DNA of 64,000 nt, from positions 20,823-84,822 of the forward strand of contig JBNKTL010000022.1 in NCBI GenBank assembly GCA_050298055.1, read 5' to 3'. The notes beneath the pieces are model-generated. The model ran no database searches and was not told where the DNA came from. It saw only the letters and a list, made by a program, of their open reading frames with translations. The stretch is from Spirochaetota bacterium (GTDB lineage Bacteria > Spirochaetota > UBA4802 > UBA5550). Positions 30,564 through 39,876 of the stretch are shown here, one piece after another (the stretch's first letter is position 1; the number at the start of each line of letters is the position of its first letter). Both the position numbers and the translations under genes were made by a program.

Positions 30564-32387
30564 TTACTTCAACTCACCAATCAATTTTGATGAGACACTT
30601 TCACTTTCTTCAATAATTTTTTCAATTTTAAGTTCTTTTGCTGAAACATCAATAACTATATTTCCGTCAGCAAGATCACTCTTTTTTTTATGAAACTGGT
30701 TTCTGTATTCAAGGTCAATGTAATCCCGGAAGAATTTGAGCACCCTTTCACTCCTGAACTCCATCTTTTCCCTGTTGTTTACGGAAACATAGTATATTTC
30801 ATCAATATCTGTCCTGAACAGCTCCTCGACCCTGACCCTGTAAAATGGGTACCCGGAGTTGTACGGCTTTGAGTTGATTTCCGCAGATTCAAAAACAGGG
30901 TAACTTACAATTGATGCCTCCATAATATCTTTGAGATTACCGGTTGTAAACAACCTGCTGTTATCCGTACCCGATTCACAGAGCAGGGCGGCAGGTATTG
31001 TCCTGTAGTTCTCTATTCTCCTTTCCCTGCATATCTCGTTTGCGTATTTTGCCACTGAATTCTTTTTAAACATAAATTTGTCCGGGAATACAACATCAAG
31101 AAAGCTCTTTATTCTCTCTTCGGAAAAGAAATCACGTATCCGGCTGTTAAACACTTCCCTGTTTTCCGAGAGAATACTGAGCAGGAGGACAATGTAGCCG
31201 AATGACGATGAAAGCATGAGATGGAAGGGAATACCCGAATCATCAAGGGCATTAAAAAAACCGCCGTAACAGGACGACTCAAGCAGGCTGGATTCAAAAA
31301 CCAGGCCCCGCTTTTTATCGGCAATAAGCCCTGAAATTTCTTCAATAACGGGTTTATCCCTGAGGTTTAAAAGGTTTTCCCGCATACTCTTCCCGTTTTC
31401 CAGGTCATATTTTTCAAGAATAAGCCCGCCCTGAAAATTATGCTGGGGACCCGCACTCTGTTCATTTATCATTGTGAAAAGCCTCTGCCCCTCTCTCAGG
31501 TTCTCGTCCAGAACGGGATAGAGATCAGGGAGGTCCTTCATTCTGTTTACAATACAGAAAAGCGTGTCCGAAAGCTCAAGGGCCGCGTTTCTCAACCCGG
31601 TATCGCTGTGGGAAAGATCGAAAATAAAATACCTGTATTCCCTGGAGAGGATAAAGAGTATGGGTGATAAGATTGACGGATCGACTTTCACCTTGGAACC
31701 AAAGGATATATTAATAATGTGGAGGTTTTCATCAACCTCTTCGATCCTTTCATGTATCATCTCCTCTACCGAAGGGCTGCTAACCTGTTTCTGGGACAGG
31801 GGTGATGTTACTTTTATATCAAAGAAGTCAAAAACGGACCTCCCCTCATAGGAGAGGTCAAAAATTATGGTTTTTCCTTTTGAAGAGAGGGCAGTCCCCA
31901 GGAGAGAGGAGAGAAAAGTTTTGCCGCATTCTCTTAAGTGGCTGTATATGGTTATGACCCTGCTCTGGTTATCAAAGTATCTCTTACCGATATCAGTAAT
32001 CTCAAAGCCCAGTTTCTTTACCGACCTGATATATCCTCTGAGACCCTTTCGTGTAGTCAGGAAGAGCCTGTAGAGTCCCTCCTCGCTTATCATCATTATG
32101 GTGGAATCCACAACGGCCCGTATGGATCCATACTGTCCCCTGTTTGAGAAAGGGAGGTCTCCGAAAAATGATCCCGGGGAGAGGTAGACAATCTCTTTTT
32201 TCCCATGGGCTTCGATCTCGAAAACACCGTCTATGATCACATTGAGTGAACTGGACTTTCTGAGGTCAAATGTCTGGTTCTGCCGTACATTGGATATGCG
32301 GCCTATCTTATGGAGATATGCGATCTCTTCATCAGAAAAATGCCTGAAAAACGGGATCTCCTGTAGTATTTTACTGATATAATTCAT
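30564..32387 (-). CDS. cNMP-binding + ParA/MinD-like + patatin-like fusion protein (motifs degenerate)
   Basis: L..IPFF..FS.EE and L.PGSFFGD (cNMP). VITIYS....CGKT and YFIFDL (ParA-like). RGLVF...ALDDSGIPF....SSSFG (patatin-like). Confidence 0.7.
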   Translation of the reverse strand: MNYISKILQEIPFFRHFSDEEIAYLHKIGRISNVRQNQTFDLRKSSSLNVIIDGVFEIEAHGKKEIVYLSPGSFFGDLPFSNRGQYGSIRAVVDSTIMMISEEGLYRLFLTTRKGLRGYIRSVKKLGFEITDIGKRYFDNQSRVITIYSHLRECGKTFLSSLLGTALSSKGKTIIFDLSYEGRSVFDFFDIKVTSPLSQKQVSSPSVEEMIHERIEEVDENLHIINISFGSKVKVDPSILSPILFILSREYRYFIFDLSHSDTGLRNAALELSDTLFCIVNRMKDLPDLYPVLDENLREGQRLFTMINEQSAGPQHNFQGGLILEKYDLENGKSMRENLLNLRDKPVIEEISGLIADKKRGLVFESSLLESSCYGGFFNALDDSGIPFHLMLSSSFGYIVLLLSILSENREVFNSRIRDFFSEERIKSFLDVVFPDKFMFKKNSVAKYANEICRERRIENYRTIPAALLCESGTDNSRLFTTGNLKDIMEASIVSYPVFESAEINSKPYNSGYPFYRVRVEELFRTDIDEIYYVSVNNREKMEFRSERVLKFFRDYIDLEYRNQFHKKKSDLADGNIVIDVSAKELKIEKIIEESESVSSKLIGELK

Positions 32388-32411
32388 TAAACTGGATTGC
32401 GGACTTGGTCT

Positions 32412-33761
32412 CTATATCTTTTTTAGTATGTCAATCAGGTCATTTTTATTCAATGTATCTATGGGCCGGGTATTGGCAAATTCAACAGCCTTGGGTGTAT
32501 AGTCTCCCGTGGTTATGACCATGATCCTGGTTGCATTCTTCAGTTTCATGGACTCGTGCAGTCTTCTCAGCAGGGACTCCTGAACACTCTCTGTTGTTCT
32601 TATGATCCTGATAATACGGTTTGTCTGCCGCGTGTTTCTCCACTTGCCCTCTGTTTCGGTGGCGATGATCTCAATTTCCGTATCATTGATGATCTCTATG
32701 TCCGTTATATTAAAACCCATTCCCTGACAGATCTTTCTGCACATGAGCTCAAACTGCGAGAGCCCCGCGATCATAAAATCCTTTATCCTGTCATCCTGCC
32801 TGAACTCGGCAAAATTCCTGAGCTTCTCCTGGACATCCCTGAACTTCGGATTGATCTCGGCTATTCTTTCCCAGTTTTTGATTGCAGATGTAATATCCCT
32901 CATCTTCTCCTGGCATTCTGCCATAAAATACCTGAGATTAAGCTCTGTGTCACTGCCGCCCCTGGCATACTTGATCCCCCTGTCAAACTCCTGTATAGCC
33001 TTTGGATAGTGTCCCCTCTCCATATGGCACGATCCTTTGGCCAGGAAGCTCTTCACCTTGAGTTCATCGTTCTTCTGCGCGGTTTCGAACTCCTTAATTG
33101 CCCATTCGTAATCATTGAGTTGTCTCAGAACAAGACCGAGGAAATAATGGGCCTTATAATTTTTGGGGTTCAGCTTTATTGCATTAATGAACATCTGCTT
33201 GGAATCTGAGTGAAGATTGTTCCTGTAGTGGATCTGTCCCAGGTAGTAGTACGCCATCTCACAATTGGGATTTATGGTAACGCACTTTTTCAGAAAACCG
33301 GAGGCCTTGTCCATGGAACCGATATTATAAAAGATGACCCCCAGTTCATAATAGTTTTCAAAGTTGTCAGGGTCGATTTTTGTCAGTATGAGATACTCCT
33401 TTTTGGCTTCCTCCAGGGATTTTCTCTCCCTGTAGAGCCTGGCCAGGTCTCTTCTTACTTCCACTTCCCTTATCATCTCATTAAACCTGCCCAGTTTAAG
33501 GACCTGCCTGTATTCAATGATTGCATACTGGGAGTTGTTCTCAGCGGAATAGGCCCGGGCAAGTAAAAAATGGGCATTAGCATTCCGATCATCCTTTTCT
33601 ATTATATCATTAAGTTTCTTGATGGCCGCCTTTATCTGTCCGTTTTCAATCATTCTGGCTATTTCATCGATCTTCTTGGGTAAAACAAGTGTGTTCACAA
33701 GATAGAACACAATTATCCCCAGAATAATAAAGAAAACAAATATCATTATATAGGTTAACAT
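32412..33761 (-). CDS. Membrane-anchored TPR protein with a C-terminal Mrr-like domain
   Basis: N-terminal TM helix and many TPRs. C-terminal FE.MC......MGF...V....LR.L......A....ITTGDYT..A.EFA. Confidence 0.78.
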   Translation of the reverse strand: MLTYIMIFVFFIILGIIVFYLVNTLVLPKKIDEIARMIENGQIKAAIKKLNDIIEKDDRNANAHFLLARAYSAENNSQYAIIEYRQVLKLGRFNEMIREVEVRRDLARLYRERKSLEEAKKEYLILTKIDPDNFENYYELGVIFYNIGSMDKASGFLKKCVTINPNCEMAYYYLGQIHYRNNLHSDSKQMFINAIKLNPKNYKAHYFLGLVLRQLNDYEWAIKEFETAQKNDELKVKSFLAKGSCHMERGHYPKAIQEFDRGIKYARGGSDTELNLRYFMAECQEKMRDITSAIKNWERIAEINPKFRDVQEKLRNFAEFRQDDRIKDFMIAGLSQFELMCRKICQGMGFNITDIEIINDTEIEIIATETEGKWRNTRQTNRIIRIIRTTESVQESLLRRLHESMKLKNATRIMVITTGDYTPKAVEFANTRPIDTLNKNDLIDILKKI

Positions 33762-34057
33762 AGAATACCGGTTTCCTGTCTTTCATTAATTATGTGGAAT
33801 AATGTATATTCAAATTATAATTTTTTATTACTCATTAAAATTGTCAAACCTTCGTCACCCAGGGTTCTGTTCATTATCATATTTATTCTTATGTGCATAG
33901 CTGAGCAGATATCAATTTTTAATAAAATCATATAACATGATATTTGTCAAGATTGTTATATGTAATCCTTTTGTACAGTTTATTTATGGGTACAGCTAAA
34001 AATTACACTAAAATTAATATTGACAAATACTCCCATTACAAAAACATGTTTTTCACC

Positions 34058-34130
<73 letters not shown>

Positions 34131-34180
34131 GATTTCCCTCTTTTCCCTTTATTTATTAAATATTCGATGTCCGGAACTCC

Positions 34181-34208
34181 GTAGCCACAGGTTTAAACCT
34201 GTGGCTAC
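34181..34208. repeat. Perfect 28-bp palindrome with GTAG ends (REP-like, or tRNA terminator)
   Basis: GTAGCCACAGGTTT|AAACCTGTGGCTAC followed by TTTT. Confidence 0.7.
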
Positions 34209-34234
34209 TTTTAATAAGAATTGATTTTTCTTTA

Positions 34235-34261
34235 TTGGAGGTCACAAATTGTGATCTCCAA
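34235..34261. repeat. Imperfect 27-bp palindrome
   Basis: TTGGAGGTCACAA-A-TTGTGATCTCCAA. Confidence 0.55.
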
Positions 34262-34308
34262 ATAATTTAATTTTATGCAAAATAAAAAATGTGGTTATTT
34301 ATAACATT

Positions 34309-34500
34309 CTACCCGTCTATCTCTATGGCTTCGGCCCCGCATTCTTTTGCCGCCTGCCTGCACAATTCCTCATACTCTTTCGGAATTTCATCAAACTTCA
34401 CAATGGAGAGGAGCTGATCGTCATCAAACTCAAAGACCTCCGGACAGAGTTTGTTACAGTTTTTATCTCCCATACACTCTTTTGTAATTCTGACTTTCAT
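34309..34500 (-). CDS. Monocluster ferredoxin (63 aa)
   Basis: AAGGAGG RBS before ATG 34500. CMGDKNC...CPEVF...ECGAEAI. Confidence 0.9.
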   Translation of the reverse strand: MKVRITKECMGDKNCNKLCPEVFEFDDDQLLSIVKFDEIPKEYEELCRQAAKECGAEAIEIDG

Positions 34501-34645
34501 ATGGTCCTCCTTGAATAATGAATTAAGGACGCAAAATAAACACCGATATTCGAACAACTGACCGAGCAATAATTATTTACCAAGTCAGATATTACGAAAG
34601 GATTACGGAATCTGCAAGAACTTTTTTGCTATGAATGGAATAACT

Positions 34646-35146
34646 CTACTCAGCGTACTCCTCGGCAAACTCATCCCCATGGATCGTAACAAGTTTCTCG
34701 ATGAAGTACTTTTTTGCCCCCACCGGCATATTCACTTCAAACTCTTCCCCTGCACTTTTATCTCTCAGGGCATTGCCGATGGGTGATGAGAGGGATATTT
34801 TCCCCTCGGAGGGATTCACCTCGTCTGAAGAGACAATAGTGAATATAAGCCTGTTTTCATCTGTAATATTATAAATAGTGACCTCAGAACCGAAGCCGAC
34901 CTTCCCTTCCGGGATATCGGACATATTCATATCGCTCAGCTGGCTCAGATGTGCAGTTAACTGGGATATTCTGGCTTTCACAAAGGACTGCCTCTCCCTG
35001 GCCGCATGGTATTCCGCGTTCTCCTTCAGGTCACCATACGCCCTCGCCTCCGCGATGACCTTTGGAAGCTCGATTTTGTATTCATGCTTGAGCTTGTTCA
35101 GCTCCTCTTTAATTTCATTTTTTTTATCATCAAGACTGTTACTCAT
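34646..35146 (-). CDS. greA: Transcription elongation factor GreA
   Basis: AR.YGDLKENAEYHAA and IS.SSPIG.AL motifs. Confidence 0.95.
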   Translation of the reverse strand: MSNSLDDKKNEIKEELNKLKHEYKIELPKVIAEARAYGDLKENAEYHAARERQSFVKARISQLTAHLSQLSDMNMSDIPEGKVGFGSEVTIYNITDENRLIFTIVSSDEVNPSEGKISLSSPIGNALRDKSAGEEFEVNMPVGAKKYFIEKLVTIHGDEFAEEYAE

Positions 35147-35179
35147 TTCATCCACCTCTGAAACCTCGTTTGCGATTTC

Positions 35180-35308
35180 CTAATCCTCTTCGTTTATCTT
35201 AATAAGCAGTTTAATATTTTTACCCTTGTCCCTTTTTACCGTAAACCCGTTCTCTTTCAATGACTTTTCAATTTTGTAGGATATTAAATCAACAACTTTT
35301 TCAACCAT
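35180..35308 (-). CDS. Small hypothetical protein (42 aa)
   Basis: GGAG RBS, MVEKVVDLISYKIEKSLKENGFTVKRDKGKNIKLLIKINEED*, co-oriented upstream of greA. Confidence 0.55.
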   Translation of the reverse strand: MVEKVVDLISYKIEKSLKENGFTVKRDKGKNIKLLIKINEED

Positions 35309-35331
35309 GCAGTCACTCCATAAAGTAAGTT

Positions 35332-35455
35332 ATTACTACCCGGCTATATTGATAAAAAATATTTACTTACTAAAATATTAACAATATGTCCCCGCCGCCT
35401 CTGGCGGTTATGTTTCTCTAAAAATAAAAATATTTATCTATAGCTGAATAATTAC
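35332..35455 (+). mobile_element. MITE-like element, copy 5 (internal deletion of the right core arm)
   Basis: Ends ATTACTACCCGGCTA / TAGCTGAATAATTAC, core ATATGTCCCGCCGCCTCTGGCGG. Confidence 0.7.
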
Positions 35456-35503
35456 AATCTCCCTTTATTATTCGGTTATCCTCACACAATTATTAAGTAC
35501 ACA

Positions 35504-35935
35504 CTAATCACATTTATCGATCAGAACAGGTTCGAAAGATCTTTTTTTCCTGAGAACAGGGCTCACAAGCCTGATAATAACAAATGCCAGGGCAATCCCT
35601 GCAATCCCCGCAAAAATGGAAGCTGTTTCTTCTTTCATTCCCATAAAATCGCTGTAAAAGCCCCCGATCATCATCCCCGCAATCAGCATAACAACCGGGA
35701 AAAGATAGAGCAAAAACGAAGCCATCACCACGCCCTTCTCCTCTATCCCAAAATTCACCCTCTCCCCCGGATGAACATCCAGGTTTTTTTTTATCCAGAG
35801 TTTCCTGCTCCTGCCATTGCTTCCCATCATGCATGAGCCCTTGGCGTGACATGAGCCGCACCCGGAGCCTGCTTCCACCTCCACAAGCACCCTCTCCTCT
35901 TCAACGATCTTTACTGTTCCTGTTTCAATTGCCAT
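35504..35935 (-). CDS. SoxR-reducing-system RseC/MucC family protein
   Basis: E.G.V, CGSC....SC, LLYLFP and two TM helices. Confidence 0.88.
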   Translation of the reverse strand: MAIETGTVKIVEEERVLVEVEAGSGCGSCHAKGSCMMGSNGRSRKLWIKKNLDVHPGERVNFGIEEKGVVMASFLLYLFPVVMLIAGMMIGGFYSDFMGMKEETASIFAGIAGIALAFVIIRLVSPVLRKKRSFEPVLIDKCD

Positions 35936-36010
35936 TTATCTCTGCAACCCATTGTTATTTCTTTAAACATAATTTATGATGAAACTCTCTCAAGATTTGC
36001 CGCAGTTATA

Positions 36011-36258
36011 TATTAATACTAAAGAGAAAATTAAGTATTTTGAACCGCCAAGACGCAAAGGGCGCAAAGTCTAAAAAATGATAAATAGTGAATTTTAAAA
36101 TATTAAGTTATCTGATCATAAACAATTTCTTTTATTTAACATTTATGACTCGGCATTATAAAACTCTTTCTCCGTGAGAAACTACTTCTTTTCTTTCTTT
36201 CTTTCTTTGCGCTCTTTGCGCTCTTTGCGCTCTTTGCGCTCTTTGCGTCTTTGCGGTT
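36011..36258. repeat. Inverted arrays of 8-9-nt CGCAAAG(AG) units
   Basis: Left arm AACCGCCAAGACGCAAAGGGCGCAAAG (36043-36069). Right arm (CTTTGCGCT)x4 CTTTGCGT CTTTGCGGTT (36205-36258). Confidence 0.75.
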
Positions 36259-36287
36259 TTAAAACTTTCTTCTGAATCTTAAACTTC

Positions 36288-37706
36288 TTATTCTAAATCC
36301 TTTTGATCAATCACGACAACGGTGCCGAACCGGGCAAGCTTTTTCTTAAGGGTTTCCGGACCCACAACAAGTTTGACAAGGCCGTTGCTGAAAAGCTTTT
36401 TCCCCTCGTCCAGTATATCACCGTCCCTGACTTTACTGATATGTCCCAGGTACCTGCTGTAGTAATCCGCGGGGAGATCATTGTATGCGAGACTCAGGTA
36501 GTTGCTCACAATATCCGCAGGCGTATCAAACCTGAATATATAGGAGTTATAATAGGCATTCTTTGCCCACTCCAGTTCACTCTTCTCCACAGGGAGGGTA
36601 AAGATTCTTTCAATATTGTCCCTCATGATGGGGATGACTTTATCAACATTTATATTCTTCGTCTGTGTATAAGCCAGAAATATCCCCGAGGCACCCCGGT
36701 TTCTTAATACTGAATGGGCTACATAGGCATAACCCTTCTTCACCCTTATCTCCCTGAGAAGCCGGGAGTTGAATGATCCTCCGCCCAGGATGTAATTAAG
36801 AAGCGCGAGCGTATAGTTGCCGCTGTAATGTATGTCCGGAGCCAGTGTCCCGAAAATCACTGTGGATTGCGGGATGTTCTTTTTTATCAGGTAGATATTT
36901 GAGCTTTTTTTCTTTACCGTGATCTTCAGCTTATTATAATCCGTACTGTACCTGGCCCTGCTGCCTTTATTCACACCGGAGAGATATTTTTTGAGAAGTG
37001 CAGCCGTCTCTTTATAACCGGCCGAAGAAGAGACTCCCACAACCATGTTTTCTCCTGTCATGTACCTCTTCCAGTAACTTTTCAGGTCAGTGAGTTTAAA
37101 GGATTTCATGAGAGCGGTTTTTGCAACAGATCCGTATCCCTCACCGTCAAATATCAATTCTCTCACTTTGATAAAACCGAGATCAGCAGGGTTGTCATTT
37201 CTTCTCTTTATTTTTTCAATGAGGATTGACCTGGCAGTTTCCACAGATCTCTTTTCAAAGTTTGGATTCATGATAACATCTGAAAGGATATCCAGGGCCC
37301 TCCCGCTGTACCGGGAGAGGACCTTAAGAGAGACCGTTATATTCTCCCATGACGAACTTATATGGAACTGGCCGCCCATTGACTCAATCTCCTGGTAAAG
37401 CCTGTTGCCGGGATACTTTTGGGACCCTCCCAGAGAAAGGGAACGGGTAATAAGGTCCGATATTCCCGCGTCCTTTCTCCCCTCGTAGAGAGTACCGAAA
37501 CCGGCAGAAACCGAGATTGTCAGCGTGGGCAGATCATTTTTTATATAATAGATCCTCATCCCGTTAGCAAAACGCGTTGATTGCACAGGGGGCATTCTGA
37601 AATTATCAGAGCCGGTGATGCCCCGTAATTCAGCCGATGTTGATACCGGGAAAAAGGAGAATATAAGTAATACCAGGTAGAGACGTAATATTTTTTTTCT
37701 TTGCAT
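36288..37706 (-). CDS. M16 (pitrilysin) family peptidase, non-catalytic subunit
   Basis: Signal peptide, ANGM.I, LGGGSFNSRL.REIR.KKG.AY. No HxxEH motif. Confidence 0.88.
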   Translation of the reverse strand: MQRKKILRLYLVLLIFSFFPVSTSAELRGITGSDNFRMPPVQSTRFANGMRIYYIKNDLPTLTISVSAGFGTLYEGRKDAGISDLITRSLSLGGSQKYPGNRLYQEIESMGGQFHISSSWENITVSLKVLSRYSGRALDILSDVIMNPNFEKRSVETARSILIEKIKRRNDNPADLGFIKVRELIFDGEGYGSVAKTALMKSFKLTDLKSYWKRYMTGENMVVGVSSSAGYKETAALLKKYLSGVNKGSRARYSTDYNKLKITVKKKSSNIYLIKKNIPQSTVIFGTLAPDIHYSGNYTLALLNYILGGGSFNSRLLREIRVKKGYAYVAHSVLRNRGASGIFLAYTQTKNINVDKVIPIMRDNIERIFTLPVEKSELEWAKNAYYNSYIFRFDTPADIVSNYLSLAYNDLPADYYSRYLGHISKVRDGDILDEGKKLFSNGLVKLVVGPETLKKKLARFGTVVVIDQKDLE

Positions 37707-37707
37707 G

Positions 37708-39231
37708 CTATTTCTTCTTCCTGCTGTCATGGAGTATCCCCACAGTTCTGTTTTTTTTCGTGAAGTACTTTGCCATTGCCTCTTTTATTTCATCCAGTTT
37801 TATGCTCCTGAGAACATCAGTATAATTTAAGAGATACTCCCAGTCCCCGAATATGGTCTGGTAGTAGCTGAGGACCCTTGCAATCCCCTTATTGGTTTCA
37901 AGGCCGAAGACCATCTCCGATTCCATTGCCACAATGACTTTTTCAATGTCCTTTTTGTTTATGCTTTCTGTGAGTTTTGCCATCTCTTCGTAGACTGCCT
38001 TCTCAACCTCTTCCGGTGTATGTGGACTCCTCGGTATTGCATAAACAATAAAGAGATTATTAAACCGCGCGCCGGGTGATCCGTTCCATGTTTTGATTGA
38101 AGTGACAATCTTTCTTTCAAGAACAAGGGCCCTGTAAAGCCTGGATGACTTGCCGCCGGAAAGGACCTCGGAAACAACGTCAAAGATATAATCGTACCGG
38201 GAGGGAAATGAGGGCTTGTGCCAGCCTATAACGAGATAGGGATTTGACTCAAACCTGTATATGAACCGCTTCTCACCCGACTCCCCGGGCTCTCTGATGG
38301 CCACACCGGCAGGATCGGGCCTGCTCTTAATTCCGCTGAAATACTTATCAATTATTGCCAGGGTTTTATCCGTATCCTGTTTACCCACAATAGTAATAGT
38401 CATCCGTGAGGGGATATAGTATTTATTATAGAAGTTTTTCACATCCCTCAGGGAGAGGTGGGGAATATTTGATCCCCACCCGATAATCGGGTGCCTGTAA
38501 GGATGCGCCGTAAACGCAGTGGCAAGGAACTTTTCAAATAAAGCCCCGTCACCGCTTGTGGAATACCTCATAAGTCTCTCTTCAATGACATTGTTTCTTT
38601 CCAGGTAAAATTCACGCATCACGGGGTTCCGGAGCCTTTCCGATTCAAGCTTTGCCCAGAGTTCTAGCTTCGACGAGGGGAGCTGTACATAGTAGCCGGT
38701 CTTGTCCCGGGAGGTTGACGCGTTAAATCCCACACCACCGTTTTCCGTGTAGATCCTGTCATAAGGGGCATTGACAACAAGTTTTCCCTGCTTTTCCTGA
38801 AGTTCTTTCAGTTCTTTTTCAAGCTCCGGGATCATCCGGTTCCCGGGATTGTTCAGCTTCAGCCTGTCGATGGTCTCACCGACCGCTTCTATCCTGCCAA
38901 GGAGCTTTTTCTCCTTTTTGAAATTCCTGGTCCCGATTTTGTCTGTTCCCTTAAAGAGCATGTGTTCAAGAAGGTGGGCCGCACCGATAGTCTTATATGT
39001 CTCATCAACGGAACCGACCCTGAAACTTACCTCAAATGCAAGTGTGGGCGCATAGCCCCTGTTAAGCATGATAACGGTTATCCCGTTTTTGAGTTTTCTC
39101 TTTACAACGTTCTTTTCCAGGTAATCCGGGGCATCGCTGACACCGGCCATAAGGTTGCCGGAAATGAATGTAAACAGTGTAATAATGACCGGGATTATTT
39201 TCCTCATGCCAACGGATCTTTTTCTTACCAT
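37708..39231 (-). CDS. M16 (pitrilysin) family peptidase, catalytic subunit
   Basis: G.AHLLEHMLFKGT, NASTS.D.T.Y and HPY.HPIIGW motifs. Start is 39231 or 39207. Confidence 0.93.
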   Translation of the reverse strand: MVRKRSVGMRKIIPVIITLFTFISGNLMAGVSDAPDYLEKNVVKRKLKNGITVIMLNRGYAPTLAFEVSFRVGSVDETYKTIGAAHLLEHMLFKGTDKIGTRNFKKEKKLLGRIEAVGETIDRLKLNNPGNRMIPELEKELKELQEKQGKLVVNAPYDRIYTENGGVGFNASTSRDKTGYYVQLPSSKLELWAKLESERLRNPVMREFYLERNNVIEERLMRYSTSGDGALFEKFLATAFTAHPYRHPIIGWGSNIPHLSLRDVKNFYNKYYIPSRMTITIVGKQDTDKTLAIIDKYFSGIKSRPDPAGVAIREPGESGEKRFIYRFESNPYLVIGWHKPSFPSRYDYIFDVVSEVLSGGKSSRLYRALVLERKIVTSIKTWNGSPGARFNNLFIVYAIPRSPHTPEEVEKAVYEEMAKLTESINKKDIEKVIVAMESEMVFGLETNKGIARVLSYYQTIFGDWEYLLNYTDVLRSIKLDEIKEAMAKYFTKKNRTVGILHDSRKKK

Positions 39232-39232
39232 G

Positions 39233-39592
39233 CTATTTCTGCTCATCTCCTTCACTGCCCTTTTTTCTCAATATTTCTTCTGCGTATATCTTCAGTTTTG
39301 GCGACACTTTGAGGGGAGGGAGCTCAACTTTCTGTTTTTTCCCAAGCATTTTCCCCAGGGCAAACATCATTCTTTCATAGATTTCGTTTACTTTGTCCTG
39401 CCTGTTTGCCGCCTTATAAAATTTCAAAGCATAAAGGGGCTGCCTTTTCTCATAGAAGTAATAATCGGCAACCCTGATTATTCCATCAATGTACTTAACA
39501 AGAAGGAATATTTTTGTTGCCTCTTCTATCTTTCCGTTATTAAAAAGTTCATTACCCTTACGTATAAGCTGCACTCTCTCCTTACTTTCCAT
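39233..39592 (-). CDS. Hypothetical helical-repeat protein
   Basis: LIRKGNELFN.G....A..IF, first gene of the peptidase operon. Confidence 0.7.
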   Translation of the reverse strand: MESKERVQLIRKGNELFNNGKIEEATKIFLLVKYIDGIIRVADYYFYEKRQPLYALKFYKAANRQDKVNEIYERMMFALGKMLGKKQKVELPPLKVSPKLKIYAEEILRKKGSEGDEQK

Positions 39593-39876
39593 ACCCTGCT
39601 CAGTTTTTCATCTCATTAAAAACTCTGAAAAAACTGTTCCCCCTTTGTTACAAAGTGTCCGATACGATCTTTCTGAGCTTCACTCTTTTTTTAACCTGCA
39701 CTCTGATATTGACAAGAAAAAAATAAGATGGATATTCAAATAATCTTGACAGGAGCAGGAGCTTATATCACCTGAATTAAAAGGTGTATGTAAAATAACA
39801 GGTAATGACTCAGCTTTATGACCATTTATATTAAAGTCGAGTTATTGCAATCACAGATATATGCAAGGAGCACTAA

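Noticed and set aside
24514..33761. Active restriction or CBASS-like anti-phage island
   Set aside because: Nuclease and patatin catalytic motifs are degenerate, and there is no cyclase, methylase or integrase nearby.
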